This document shows positions 29,234 to 37,956 of a stretch of DNA of 64,000 bases, piece by piece. The stretch covers positions 589-64,588 of the forward strand of contig JAAYGB010000053.1 of the NCBI GenBank assembly GCA_012727955.1, written 5' to 3'. This DNA comes from Bacillota bacterium (GTDB lineage: Bacteria > Bacillota > Limnochordia > DTU087 > JAAYGB01). A program made the translations under genes and the position numbers. The notes below the pieces were generated by a model. The model made no database searches, was not told the origin of the DNA, and was given only the letters and a program-made list of their open reading frames with translations. How positions within the stretch are numbered: position 1 is the stretch's first letter; every line of letters starts with the position of its first letter.

Positions 29234-30121
29234 CTATTGTCCAGGGTCAACGAGGGAAAAGTTGATGCGACCCTGTTCATACCTCCCTGCCGGGTCCGTT
29301 AGTACCGACTTAAGGTACAAATAGACCGTTATCGACGCGTTGTTTTTCTTGGAATTTCTAATCAGATACAATCCCTCATCGCCAATGGGTTGAGGCTCCT
29401 GATGCTCTCCCACAGCCAGTAATAACCGATCTCGGGGGATACTTGGAGCTTTACCCGACGGAGAGCTTTCCGGTCCCTGGTACACCAAGGGCTCTCCGGT
29501 CACTTTTAGGTGCCAACCGGTGTAGTTGGTGGTTACCTCCACCTGAACCGCCTGAGCTAGGGGATATACTCCCGGTCCTCCGTCCGCGCTAAAGGCCACC
29601 TGGGTAGGAGTTACCTGGATTTGACTGACCTTCGGAGTTCCCAGCCAAAGGCGAATCTCCGGTAGTCCCTTTTCCATGTTTTGGTGGGACAGGCGCAGGA
29701 GGAATTGGTATTCCCTTGCCGTCTCTCCCGGGGTGGATTCCAGTCGAAATCGAACCTGTTGCCTTTGGGGTTGACCGTTGTTGAGTTGGATATGGAAGTC
29801 CTGTCCCAGGGAAAACTCCCGAAAGGGAGCTCCCCTCACTGCGGCCAGCAACAGCGAAGTAGGGGAAGAGGAAGTTATCTCCTCCAAGCGATACTTGAAA
29901 TTGTAGCTGCCATCACCGAGGCGGAGAAAAGTGAGGATTACTTCGTCGCCCCCGGAAGTGACTTCCAAATCGATACCCAATCGCTCGTCCCGGTAAGCCC
30001 ACTGCAGCTCGCCGCCTCCTTCTCCCAAGGGGGAGATTGGTCCACCGGCTGCCGCCGCGACTGTTCCGATTAGGCACCAGATTGCCGCTAGAGCTATTAA
30101 TTTCATGTAGCCCATGCGCAC
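29234..30121 (-). CDS. secreted/bitopic protein (unknown function), first gene of the secretin operon
   Basis: Start placed at the GTG 9 nt after the AGGGAGG RBS, giving MRMGYMKLIALAAIWCLIGTVAAAAGG (signal/anchor) followed by a beta-rich mature domain. A ~290-nt AT-richer promoter region lies upstream. Confidence 0.5.
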   Translation of the reverse strand: MRMGYMKLIALAAIWCLIGTVAAAAGGPISPLGEGGGELQWAYRDERLGIDLEVTSGGDEVILTFLRLGDGSYNFKYRLEEITSSSPTSLLLAAVRGAPFREFSLGQDFHIQLNNGQPQRQQVRFRLESTPGETAREYQFLLRLSHQNMEKGLPEIRLWLGTPKVSQIQVTPTQVAFSADGGPGVYPLAQAVQVEVTTNYTGWHLKVTGEPLVYQGPESSPSGKAPSIPRDRLLLAVGEHQEPQPIGDEGLYLIRNSKKNNASITVYLYLKSVLTDPAGRYEQGRINFSLVDPGQ

Positions 30122-30442
30122 ATTGCTTGTCCTCCCTGGGAAATGCCTCACCCCATCGGTTTCACCCGTCCCGAAAATAGGTCTATCCGCATCCAGCTAG
30201 TCTGCTTAGCAAATTCACACCCATTGTATGATCCGCATCTCGTTTAAATCTCGATTTTGCCTTCTTCTTCCTGGAATTTCACCGGAAATGAAAATATGAA
30301 TGGCCAGTACTACTGGGACCACTACAAGGAAAGACCCAATAGTATCCAGAAAGATTCCAGAAGGATAAGATAGGTTAGATGATTCTGACTAAACTCGTTC
30401 CTACACTGCCCATTTGGCAAAACCTAAATTAGGAGGCTTTTC

Positions 30443-31438
30443 ATGGAATACAGGAGGTTAGGTAATTCCGATTTGATCGTTTCCCGTATCTGCATGGGAT
30501 GTATGGGCTTTGGCAGCCCAGCAGCAGGTCAACACAGCTGGACGCTGGGAGAAGAGGAAAGCCGGGAAATCATTAAGCGTGGGCTTGATCTAGGTGTGAA
30601 TTTCTTTGATACCGCGATTGTGTACCAGGGGGGTACCAGTGAGCAGTATCTTGGTAGGGCGTTGCGAGATTTTGCCCGGAGGGATGAGGTCGTTGTGGCC
30701 ACCAAATTCCCACCCCGCAGCCGGGAGCAAATCGCAGCGGGAATCGGTGGACAGAAACATATTGAAACTATGCTTAACCGAAGTCTAGAAAACCTCGGTA
30801 TGGATTACGTAGATTTATATATCTATCACATGTGGGACTTTCACACTCCCCTGTATGAGATTATGGAGGGCTTAAACAACGCAGTTAAATCCGGAAAAGC
30901 GCGTTATATCGGCATCTCTAATTGCTATGCCTATCAGCTGGCAAAGGCAAATGCTCTAGCGGAAAGGGAGGGCTTTCCGAAATTCGTGGCGGTGCAGGGA
31001 CACTACAATCTCATTTTCCGGGAAGAGGAACGGGAAATGGCCCTTCTCTGTGAGGAGGACAATATTGCAATGACTCCCTACAGCCCATTGGCCGGTGGGC
31101 GGCTGTCTAAGCATCCCGGTGAGACCTCCAAGCGGTTTGAGGAGGACTCCTACGCAAGGTCTAAGTATGACGCCACGGCAGAACAGGACGCGGTAATCAT
31201 CAGCCGGGTAGCAGAGCTAGCTGAAAGGCACGGCGTTTCCATGACGGAAGTAGCTCTGGCTTGGCTGTTGACAAAAACCACGTCTCCGGTGGTGGGAGTC
31301 ACCAAGGTGCATCATATTGAGGGTGCCGTCAAGGCCCTGGATCTGAAACTAACCGATGAGGAGCTTGCCTATTTGGAGGAACCCTATGTACCCCATAGAT
31401 TGGTGGGCGTTATGGCAGAGCTACGCCAGCAGCGGTAA
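30443..31438 (+). CDS. aldo/keto reductase
   Basis: MEYRRLGNSDLIVSRICMGCMGFG and the NFFDTA motif. AGGAGG RBS (aattaggaggcttttcATG). Confidence 0.85.
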   Translation: MEYRRLGNSDLIVSRICMGCMGFGSPAAGQHSWTLGEEESREIIKRGLDLGVNFFDTAIVYQGGTSEQYLGRALRDFARRDEVVVATKFPPRSREQIAAGIGGQKHIETMLNRSLENLGMDYVDLYIYHMWDFHTPLYEIMEGLNNAVKSGKARYIGISNCYAYQLAKANALAEREGFPKFVAVQGHYNLIFREEEREMALLCEEDNIAMTPYSPLAGGRLSKHPGETSKRFEEDSYARSKYDATAEQDAVIISRVAELAERHGVSMTEVALAWLLTKTTSPVVGVTKVHHIEGAVKALDLKLTDEELAYLEEPYVPHRLVGVMAELRQQR

Positions 31439-32570
31439 TCTCCTGCCACTGCAGAGTTGCAATGGTGCCAATCACCTTGGGAGAGAGCCAGCGTTGAATC
31501 CGCCGGGCAATAGCGCGGCGTTGGTCCAGGGATGTTCCATAGAGCAGGACGTAGAGGGTATCCAGTCTTCTGTGGGTGATGACATCCCCCCGCCTCAGTT
31601 CCTGCCTGAGGTTATCTACCAGTGTCTCCATATCTTGAGAGGCCAAAGGTTGGGCCATTTTCACCGTCAATAATATGGACTTTCCTTCCTGCCGGGACAA
31701 GCGACGAATCTCTACTTCACAAATACTGCGGAATACCTCATAGCGGCACACCATAGCCCCTGCTTCAATCTGTGCCGAACTCAGCAAATCCCTTAAGTCT
31801 CCACCTTGATCATCGAGATCCTCAACGATCTGTCTAACCCGAACCGACGGTGGAATCCCCAGCTCATCCTCCATTACCTTCTCATAGTGGCGATAAAGAT
31901 GAATGGCCTCACTCAGGTTATTTTGCGCTGCAAGGATCTCCAGTCCCAGTATGTAGAAATCCTCACGGAAGCGATCCTCGCCAATCCCCCTCTTGAGCTG
32001 TGTCAGGGCCCTGGCTGACTCTCCCTGCTGCTGCAGTATCCCAGCCAACCGCAGGAGCATGTCCAGGAACATGTCTCGATAGGTTTGCCGATGGGTTTCC
32101 GTCCAATCTTGATAAATGTCGCTGGGTAGTAAGGGCCCACGATAAGGCTCAATACCCCTTTCCAACAAGGAACGCTCTTCCTCGGGAGATTCCCAGGTTC
32201 TGAACTTGAACACCCGATGATAATGCTCTTCAAACTCTCTCCAGTCAAACCAGTACTGTTTTTGGGGATTTAGGCTGTATCGGGTAACCCCTTTGACGAT
32301 GTAGGTATCGGCACCGGGGACGTCGATGATGCTTCTCAAGCGATAGACGGTATCGTATAGACGCCTTTTGCCCTTTTCCTCATCGATTTCCGGCCACAGT
32401 ATCTCGATTAGGGTATCATCGGCCACGGCATGCCCAGGGTAAAGCAGCAAATACTTGAACATGTCCAGTGCCTTTTTCGATGTCCAGTCCTGTTCGGAGA
32501 GTACCCGGTTTCCGATTTCAACGCGAAATTGACCAAATCCGTAGACTTTGAGAAGGTTTTGGCCCTGCAA
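31410..32570 (-). CDS. SARP-family (OmpR-type winged helix + BTAD) transcriptional regulator with a C-terminal degenerate GGDEF-like segment
   Basis: N-terminus LKVYGFGQFRVEIGNRVLSEQDWTSKKALDMFKYLLLYPGHAVADDTLIEILWPE is a SARP/DnrI-type winged helix. The middle region is BTAD/TPR-like. The C-terminal ~110 aa (..SILLTVKM...RRGDVITHRRLDTLYVLLYGTSLDQRRAIARRIQ) aligns with the central part of GGDEF domains but has no GG(D/E)EF motif. Confidence 0.55.
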   Translation of the reverse strand: MQGQNLLKVYGFGQFRVEIGNRVLSEQDWTSKKALDMFKYLLLYPGHAVADDTLIEILWPEIDEEKGKRRLYDTVYRLRSIIDVPGADTYIVKGVTRYSLNPQKQYWFDWREFEEHYHRVFKFRTWESPEEERSLLERGIEPYRGPLLPSDIYQDWTETHRQTYRDMFLDMLLRLAGILQQQGESARALTQLKRGIGEDRFREDFYILGLEILAAQNNLSEAIHLYRHYEKVMEDELGIPPSVRVRQIVEDLDDQGGDLRDLLSSAQIEAGAMVCRYEVFRSICEVEIRRLSRQEGKSILLTVKMAQPLASQDMETLVDNLRQELRRGDVITHRRLDTLYVLLYGTSLDQRRAIARRIQRWLSPKVIGTIATLQWQEITAAGVALP

Positions 32571-32694
32571 ATTGCTCCCCTCCCGTTACCCCTTCGACCT
32601 AGTATGACTCCATCACGCCGGACAGTCCCTGTAAATCCTAAATAAAAAACTACCGCACCGCGGTAGTGGCAAATAATAGCAAGATAGAACTATA

Positions 32695-32952
32695 TCACTG
32701 TTCCTGTTCCCCGGAAGGGGATCTTCCCGGTAACAGTTCATCCAGCTGCTTAATGTCCAACTCCCGCTGGGCCAGGGCAGCTCGCCGATTTTCTGCTTGA
32801 ATCTCTCGGTATACCTCTTCGCGGTGAACTGTGATTGATCGGGGAGCATCTATTCCAATCTTGACTTGGTCGCCCCGCACCTCAACCACGATAATCTTTA
32901 CATCATCGCCAATAATAATGCTTTCATCGACCTTCCTGGTCAAAACTAACAT
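32695..32952 (-). CDS. csrA: carbon storage regulator CsrA
   Basis: [48 protein letters not shown]. Confidence 0.9.
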   Translation of the reverse strand: MLVLTRKVDESIIIGDDVKIIVVEVRGDQVKIGIDAPRSITVHREEVYREIQAENRRAALAQRELDIKQLDELLPGRSPSGEQEQ

Positions 32953-32991
32953 AGAAAGTCCCTCCTTGGACTTTTTCCGTCGGATAAAGTA

Positions 32992-33438
32992 TTATGCCGA
33001 GCGGGTGTCTTCCTTGGGTGGAAATACTCGATGCCGAGTAGTATACTCATCACCGGTTAACACTACTTGTTTTCCCTTCCTGGTCTTGGGGTTGATTACC
33101 AACGGCCCCTGCAGGTTAGCGGTCATCAACCTGACCTCCGACGGTACGGTGACAATGGCCAGAACCGCTGCCTCCGCGTCAGACTCAATCCCCAGGTCCG
33201 CCACTTCCTCCTGGGCCAACTTCACCCGGTAATCCGGCCAAACTGCCGTGGGGTCAAGGACCACAAAGGCCAAATCGGGATCCTCTGCACTCTGTAAGTA
33301 GCTAAAGGGACTCTTGCCATCGAAGTTCAGGAGGATGTAATCCCGCAGGTGTTCAAAGCCTAGTATGCCCCGTTCGAAGGTGATGATATCGCTGGGGTCA
33401 ACTTCAAGGTTTCCAAACCTGGTGGTGGTAATTTCCAT
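32992..33438 (-). CDS. fliW: flagellar assembly factor FliW
   Basis: 148 aa with a FliW pattern (..RFGNLEVDPSDIITFERGILGFEHL..). Confidence 0.85.
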   Translation of the reverse strand: MEITTTRFGNLEVDPSDIITFERGILGFEHLRDYILLNFDGKSPFSYLQSAEDPDLAFVVLDPTAVWPDYRVKLAQEEVADLGIESDAEAAVLAIVTVPSEVRLMTANLQGPLVINPKTRKGKQVVLTGDEYTTRHRVFPPKEDTRSA

Positions 33439-33450
33439 TCTTTCACCTCC

Positions 33451-34014
33451 TCAGATGATGATATCTATGAATCGCCCCACGACCTCAATCTCAATCTCTG
33501 GTCTGGGGTCGACTTCCAATTGTACGGTTCCCGGAGTGTAGGTAATCTGAGGTGCCTGGGTAGAGGCAGTAACTTCCAGCTGCGGATCGGTGAAGTCTAC
33601 CCAGATGTCGCCGGAAAAGGAAATTTCCGGAGGATGCTTGGGCACCGCATCAACATTGACTTCAGGGGCTGGAGCCATGGCTTCCTTTCCCATTTCAGCC
33701 AAGATGTTGGCTCCTGTACCAAGGCTTTGGGCCATCCGATCTCCATTCCTGGCCCAACGGGCGATTCCCTCGGTGCTTTTGATCCACCCGACGTCGGCTT
33801 GCTCCCCTTGAAAAAGCTCCGGGGTTTTCAAGCCCATGTCGGCGTGGGCCTTGGTCAGGTCAATCTCCACTTGCACAGCTTCGGAGCTTACCCTCAGCTG
33901 TGCTGGCTCCTGCCGCACCGCCACTTGAGGGAGCGAGGTACGAATCTCTAGCTGTGCCGGATGCTGCTGTAGGGCCAGCCGTCCCCAAGTCTGAGATATC
34001 TCCAGTCGTACCAC
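33451..34014 (-). CDS. YviE-like flagellar-operon protein (DUF6470-like)
   Basis: Lies between flgL and fliW, as yviE does in Bacillus. 187 aa; the pairing with YviE is inferred from synteny and sequence style. Confidence 0.45.
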   Translation of the reverse strand: MVRLEISQTWGRLALQQHPAQLEIRTSLPQVAVRQEPAQLRVSSEAVQVEIDLTKAHADMGLKTPELFQGEQADVGWIKSTEGIARWARNGDRMAQSLGTGANILAEMGKEAMAPAPEVNVDAVPKHPPEISFSGDIWVDFTDPQLEVTASTQAPQITYTPGTVQLEVDPRPEIEIEVVGRFIDIII

Positions 34015-34071
34015 AGCAGTCTCCCTCCCCTGCCCGCAAGTTTGACAAGTAGTGGCTAAAACAACTTCAGA

Positions 34072-35004
34072 CTAACGGAGAAAGTCCATCAAAGTCGGTT
34101 GGATAATCCTTGCCCCCGAGCTCAATGCTAAGTAGTAGGCATTTTCTTCCATCTTCAGATTCATGATAGTCTCGGCTACATCAATATCCTGAACCTTAGA
34201 CAGTAAAGTTCGAGTGCTGAGCTCCAAATCCTTTAGCCTGGTGGCCGTTACTTCCAACCGCTTAACTTTGGCTCCGGCCTCCGAGCGACTGCGCAGGGCA
34301 TCGTCGATGGCCACATCAAATTGTGAAAGGGTGGCATTGACGTCACCATCTGCGTTGGTCAACGCGTGGTTCAACTGGAGCAAGGCACTCATGGCAGTGG
34401 TAAAGGCATCATCACCGCCGATACGAAAGTCCAAGGTAATCCCTACCCCAATCTCAATGCCAGAACCCTGGACCGAGGCAAGTTTGCCTAGGTAGGTGTC
34501 ATCAATTACGCCGTCGACACTGATCAGTTCTCTTTCCAGAAAGAGAATATTACCATCCTTATCCAACTGGAAGGGCGCCGTATCGGTTTTGGCATAACCG
34601 AACATATACTCATCGGCAAAGGTGCTGTTGCCGATCTGGATGACGTGGTCGAGAAGCTGTTGAACCTCATCGGCGATGGCCGCCCGGGCCCTTTCGTCCA
34701 AAGCCCCGTTACTACCCTGCACCGCTAATTCCCGACCCCGCTGGAGCACTTCTCCCAGTTCTGCCAATGCCGAGTCTGCGGTCTCTAAGTATCCGATTCC
34801 CCGATCCACATTGGATAGATGCTGCTCAATTTCCCTCCGGTTGGCAGTGTACTTGAGGACGTTGGTAATTCCTACGGGATCATCGGAGGGCCGCAGGATC
34901 TTCTTCCCCGAGGCCAGCTGCTCATTGGTTCTGCTTAACCGCCTGAGATTCCCCTGTAGGTTGCTCAGGGAATGGTTCACCAGCATTTTATTGGTAATTC
35001 GCAC
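34072..35004 (-). CDS. flgL: flagellar hook-associated protein FlgL (HAP3)
   Basis: MRITNKMLVNHSLSNLQGNLRRLSRTNEQLASGKKILRPSDDP N-terminus and the conserved C-terminal helix. GTG start after an AGGTGA RBS. Confidence 0.8.
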   Translation of the reverse strand: MRITNKMLVNHSLSNLQGNLRRLSRTNEQLASGKKILRPSDDPVGITNVLKYTANRREIEQHLSNVDRGIGYLETADSALAELGEVLQRGRELAVQGSNGALDERARAAIADEVQQLLDHVIQIGNSTFADEYMFGYAKTDTAPFQLDKDGNILFLERELISVDGVIDDTYLGKLASVQGSGIEIGVGITLDFRIGGDDAFTTAMSALLQLNHALTNADGDVNATLSQFDVAIDDALRSRSEAGAKVKRLEVTATRLKDLELSTRTLLSKVQDIDVAETIMNLKMEENAYYLALSSGARIIQPTLMDFLR

Positions 35005-35013
35005 CTAAATTCA

Positions 35014-35232
35014 CCTGCCTATTAATCCCATCCGATTGATAATCACATCTAAGATTTCATCCACCGCGGTTACTAGTCTCGCCGCAGCACTGTAAGCATG
35101 CTGATACTGAATCATGTGAGCGATTTCCTCATCCAGGGACACGCCGGAGACCGCTTCCTTTTGATTCTCCAGGTGCTCCATCAACACCCTTTGGTTATCG
35201 GAGATCCGAATGGCCTGCTGGGTATCGGCTCC
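35014..35232 (-). other. flgK: 73 in-frame codons that encode the conserved FlgK C-terminus, separated from the flgK ORF by a single TAG
   Basis: In the same frame, directly after the TAG at 35233-35235, the sequence reads GADTQQAIRISDNQRVLMEHLENQKEAVSGVSLDEEIAHMIQYQHAYSAAARLVTAVDEILDVIINRMGLIGR and then TGA, 6 nt before flgL. This is the canonical FlgK C-terminal D0 helix. Confidence 0.7.
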
Positions 35233-36465
35233 CTATTCTCCCATAATCCCAGCGTAGAAGTCCGAGGAAATGTTGGCAGTATGCTGCAAGTTGATGATCT
35301 CCAAAAGATTTTGGTTATCTCCCGGACCACTGTCGGGATCGGTGCCTCCCACCGTGGGAGCACTGGCAGCGGCAATGGCATCGAGACTATCAAGAATGTC
35401 CTTGGATAGAGTAATTACCTCCGCGGCACCCCGGGGATCGTCTTCGTCAATGACAAAGAAGTCGATAGGTTTTCGGCCCTCAATCCCATAGGTGTCGCCT
35501 AAGCCATATCCCTTGTTGTGAACCTCGTTAATCTCATGGGCTAGGGCTTTAGCGAAGTTATCCAGGTGTTCCTTATATTTGGGGATATAGTGGTCCCGCA
35601 GTTCCAGAAGGCCCTTGATGGCTCCATCGGTAATTTGCGGTGTAACCTCTCCCTGACCTTCCCACCGCAGCTGAGGCATCTCCCCTTGCTCGGTAGCGGG
35701 AATCACCTCTAGGCGACGAACCGTCGCATAGTCTACTAGGGTGCTGCCGCCGATGCTGATGGTAATGGAAGCGTTGGGCTGTTCCCGGACGCTGATGTTA
35801 GTGAGCTGACTTAGCTCGAAAATCAACTGGTCCCGTTGATCCAATAGGTCGTTGGGATTGTCCCCGGTAACCGAAATGGCCACAATTCGCTGGTTCAGAT
35901 CGGCAATTTGTTCGGCCAATTGGTTAACGGTGCCGATCTTTACCGCCAGCTCCGCGTTGAGCTCCTGCTGGTACTCACGGGTCTGCCGGGCTACGTGGTT
36001 GAAGGAATCCGTCAACAGCGCAGCACTTTGTCTGACCACTGCGCGAGCCGAGGCATCATCGGGGCGTTGGCTCAAGGTCTGCAGTGCCTGGAAGAACTCA
36101 TCTAAAGCCATACTGATCCCGCTCTCCGATGGCTCGTTGAAAATCATCTCCAGCTTTTCCAAGCCCGCCTGAATCGTTTGCCATTGGCCGGTGGTGGCGT
36201 TTTCCGTTCTCAGCTGGGTTTCTACGAACTGATCCCGCACCCGCTGGATCGCGCCTACTTGCACTCCCGTGCCAATTTGCCCCGGCGAAATTGGCCGATT
36301 CAGTCCCGGAACGGTATAGGGATTATTCGGTGTCAGCACTACCCTTTGCCGGGAATATCCCGGGGTATTGGCATTGGCGATGTTATGTCCGGTAATATCC
36401 AAACCCGCCTGTTGGGCTCTCATTCCGCTTAACCCAACGTAGATTCCTGAAAAGGTCGATCTCAT
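35233..36465 (-). CDS. flgK: flagellar hook-associated protein FlgK (HAP1), N-terminal 410 codons ending at an in-frame TAG
   Basis: MRSTFSGIYVGLSGMRAQQAGLDITGHNIANANTPGYSRQRVV N-terminus. The ORF stops at a TAG, although the conserved C-terminus continues in frame. Confidence 0.8.
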   Translation of the reverse strand: MRSTFSGIYVGLSGMRAQQAGLDITGHNIANANTPGYSRQRVVLTPNNPYTVPGLNRPISPGQIGTGVQVGAIQRVRDQFVETQLRTENATTGQWQTIQAGLEKLEMIFNEPSESGISMALDEFFQALQTLSQRPDDASARAVVRQSAALLTDSFNHVARQTREYQQELNAELAVKIGTVNQLAEQIADLNQRIVAISVTGDNPNDLLDQRDQLIFELSQLTNISVREQPNASITISIGGSTLVDYATVRRLEVIPATEQGEMPQLRWEGQGEVTPQITDGAIKGLLELRDHYIPKYKEHLDNFAKALAHEINEVHNKGYGLGDTYGIEGRKPIDFFVIDEDDPRGAAEVITLSKDILDSLDAIAAASAPTVGGTDPDSGPGDNQNLLEIINLQHTANISSDFYAGIMGE

Positions 36466-36538
36466 GTCAAATCCCCACTCCTTCTTCCCATGGCCCTGCC
36501 CGCTGGCTTAAACCAGCCGGTGATGAGCCCCCTTCGGC

Positions 36539-37084
36539 CTAGGCCTTGGCATCAAGTACACGGGCTGCAGTCTTCTGAACTCCCTTGCCCTCTCCCGGCT
36601 TTCCGTAGGTGGCAGCCTCTTCCTCTCCCCCGGTGAGAACTTCTAGGGAGAAGTTGACCAAGGCCAAGGAATGAAGCAACAGCCGATGGTTGAACTCCAT
36701 GGTCTCTTTTATCTCGGTAACTAGAGTAGTAAGTTGTGTTTGCAACTCCTCTAGCCTCTCATTCCAGGGCGCCGGAGCCAGGGAGATAAAATCCCCCAAG
36801 GTCAGCTCAATCCGTTGCCCTGTTAAGTCCGCCGCCTGCTGCTCCAAGGCGGTAATCAGTCGATGCCTTTGCTCTTCGATTCCTTCTAGCTCTTGGGCCT
36901 TAGCTGCCTCCTGCAGGGCAATCCTCTCCAGGGTAACGGGATCGTCCTGAGTAAGGGCTTCGGTTTTGGCCTGCCCCAGTTGCACTAGGTCTGCTAATAC
37001 CTCAACTTGTTGGGATAAAATATCAGCCAGTGTGGTATACACCTGGCTGTCCTTTGTTGTTGCTAAATGCCGATTATATTCCAT
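36539..37084 (-). CDS. flgN: flagellar protein FlgN-like chaperone
   Basis: Lies between flgM and flgK; 181 aa, helical and Q/E/L-rich. Confidence 0.6.
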   Translation of the reverse strand: MEYNRHLATTKDSQVYTTLADILSQQVEVLADLVQLGQAKTEALTQDDPVTLERIALQEAAKAQELEGIEEQRHRLITALEQQAADLTGQRIELTLGDFISLAPAPWNERLEELQTQLTTLVTEIKETMEFNHRLLLHSLALVNFSLEVLTGGEEEAATYGKPGEGKGVQKTAARVLDAKA

Positions 37085-37108
37085 GGGGTCACGATCGCTC
37101 CCGAATAC

Positions 37109-37405
37109 TCAATTTCCTCTCTTAGCGGCAAGGAATTCCTCGACCATCTTTTCCGCCACTTTCTCCGCCGATACCTGGTAGGTTCCCGCCTGAATCCTTG
37201 CCTTCAACTGGGCTACCTTCTCTTCTCTCACTGTCGGCAACTGCGAAATATGCTGTTTCAGAGCCTGAATCCGTTTCCCTTCGGTGGACAAGTCCACGGA
37301 ATCTTTGCCCAAGGAAACTTGTCCCGGTTTTCCTCCGTACTCGATTTGTCTCTTGTGATACAGCTTGGCAATCCGGGAAACCTGTCCTGGCACAACCTTC
37401 ATCGA
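37109..37405 (-). CDS. flgM: anti-sigma-28 factor FlgM
   Basis: C-terminal pattern ..VREEKVAQLKARIQAGTYQVSAEKVAEKMVE. The ATG (MKVVPGQ) follows a GGTGA RBS; the longer ORF to 37453 lacks an RBS. Confidence 0.75.
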   Translation of the reverse strand, partial: SMKVVPGQVSRIAKLYHKRQIEYGGKPGQVSLGKDSVDLSTEGKRIQALKQHISQLPTVREEKVAQLKARIQAGTYQVSAEKVAEKMVEEFLAAKRGN

Positions 37406-37521
37406 AGTCACCTCATCAAAGCTTGTTGCTCGACCTATTAGTAGTATCGTCACCTTCTGGATCAGTCTTTAGCATAAAAGAAAAAACCCCGAAACCAACC
37501 TCCTGGCTTCGGGATAAGTAA

Positions 37522-37956
37522 TCATCGATCCTGCCTACGAATGATGGCAGCCTTGCTGTGGAAGCGCTCCCGCTTCGACGGGGGATCTCCTTTCCCTACC
37601 GTCGGTTCGGATTTCCCTTGGGATTGGAATTGGGGTTGAGACCGGCCCAAGTCTCTTCTCATGGCAGCAAGACACTTGGTACAGAACCTTCCACTGGCAA
37701 TCAAGTCACCGCAGGACTGGCACTGCAATTCCGGTCGAGACAAAATCAGCCGACCTTCCCGCACAAATTGATTGATTTGTTCCACCGGTACCTCGGTGGC
37801 AATGCTGGTCTCAGCCACCGTAGCTCCGGGATTTTTCCGGATGTAATCCCGCACTATTTCAAATTCCTCTTGCTCCCGTTGTAAACAGCGGGGACAGATC
37901 CGCGAACCCCTCGAGCTAAAGACGACGCCACAGCGATTACAATTCCGTAGACTCAT
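37522..37956 (-). CDS. yvyF: flagellar operon zinc-ribbon protein (YvyF/TIGR03826-like)
   Basis: N-terminal CNRCG...CPRC and a second C..C pair. Lies immediately upstream of flgM, as in Bacillus, and overlaps the comFC stop by 4 nt. Confidence 0.65.
   Translation of the reverse strand: MSLRNCNRCGVVFSSRGSRICPRCLQREQEEFEIVRDYIRKNPGATVAETSIATEVPVEQINQFVREGRLILSRPELQCQSCGDLIASGRFCTKCLAAMRRDLGRSQPQFQSQGKSEPTVGKGDPPSKRERFHSKAAIIRRQDR

Noticed and set aside
31410-31438. 29-nt convergent overlap between the aldo/keto reductase 3' end and the SARP regulator 3' end
   Set aside because: Short convergent overlaps of stop-proximal regions are common in compact genomes. There is no evidence of functional significance.
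35233-35235. Pyrrolysine or genome-wide reassignment of TAG as the explanation for the flgK internal TAG
   Set aside because: Several genes here end at TAG and are immediately followed by RBS and start of the next gene. No pyl genes are in the window. A local mutation, sequencing error or readthrough is more parsimonious. Genome-wide recoding cannot be excluded from one window.
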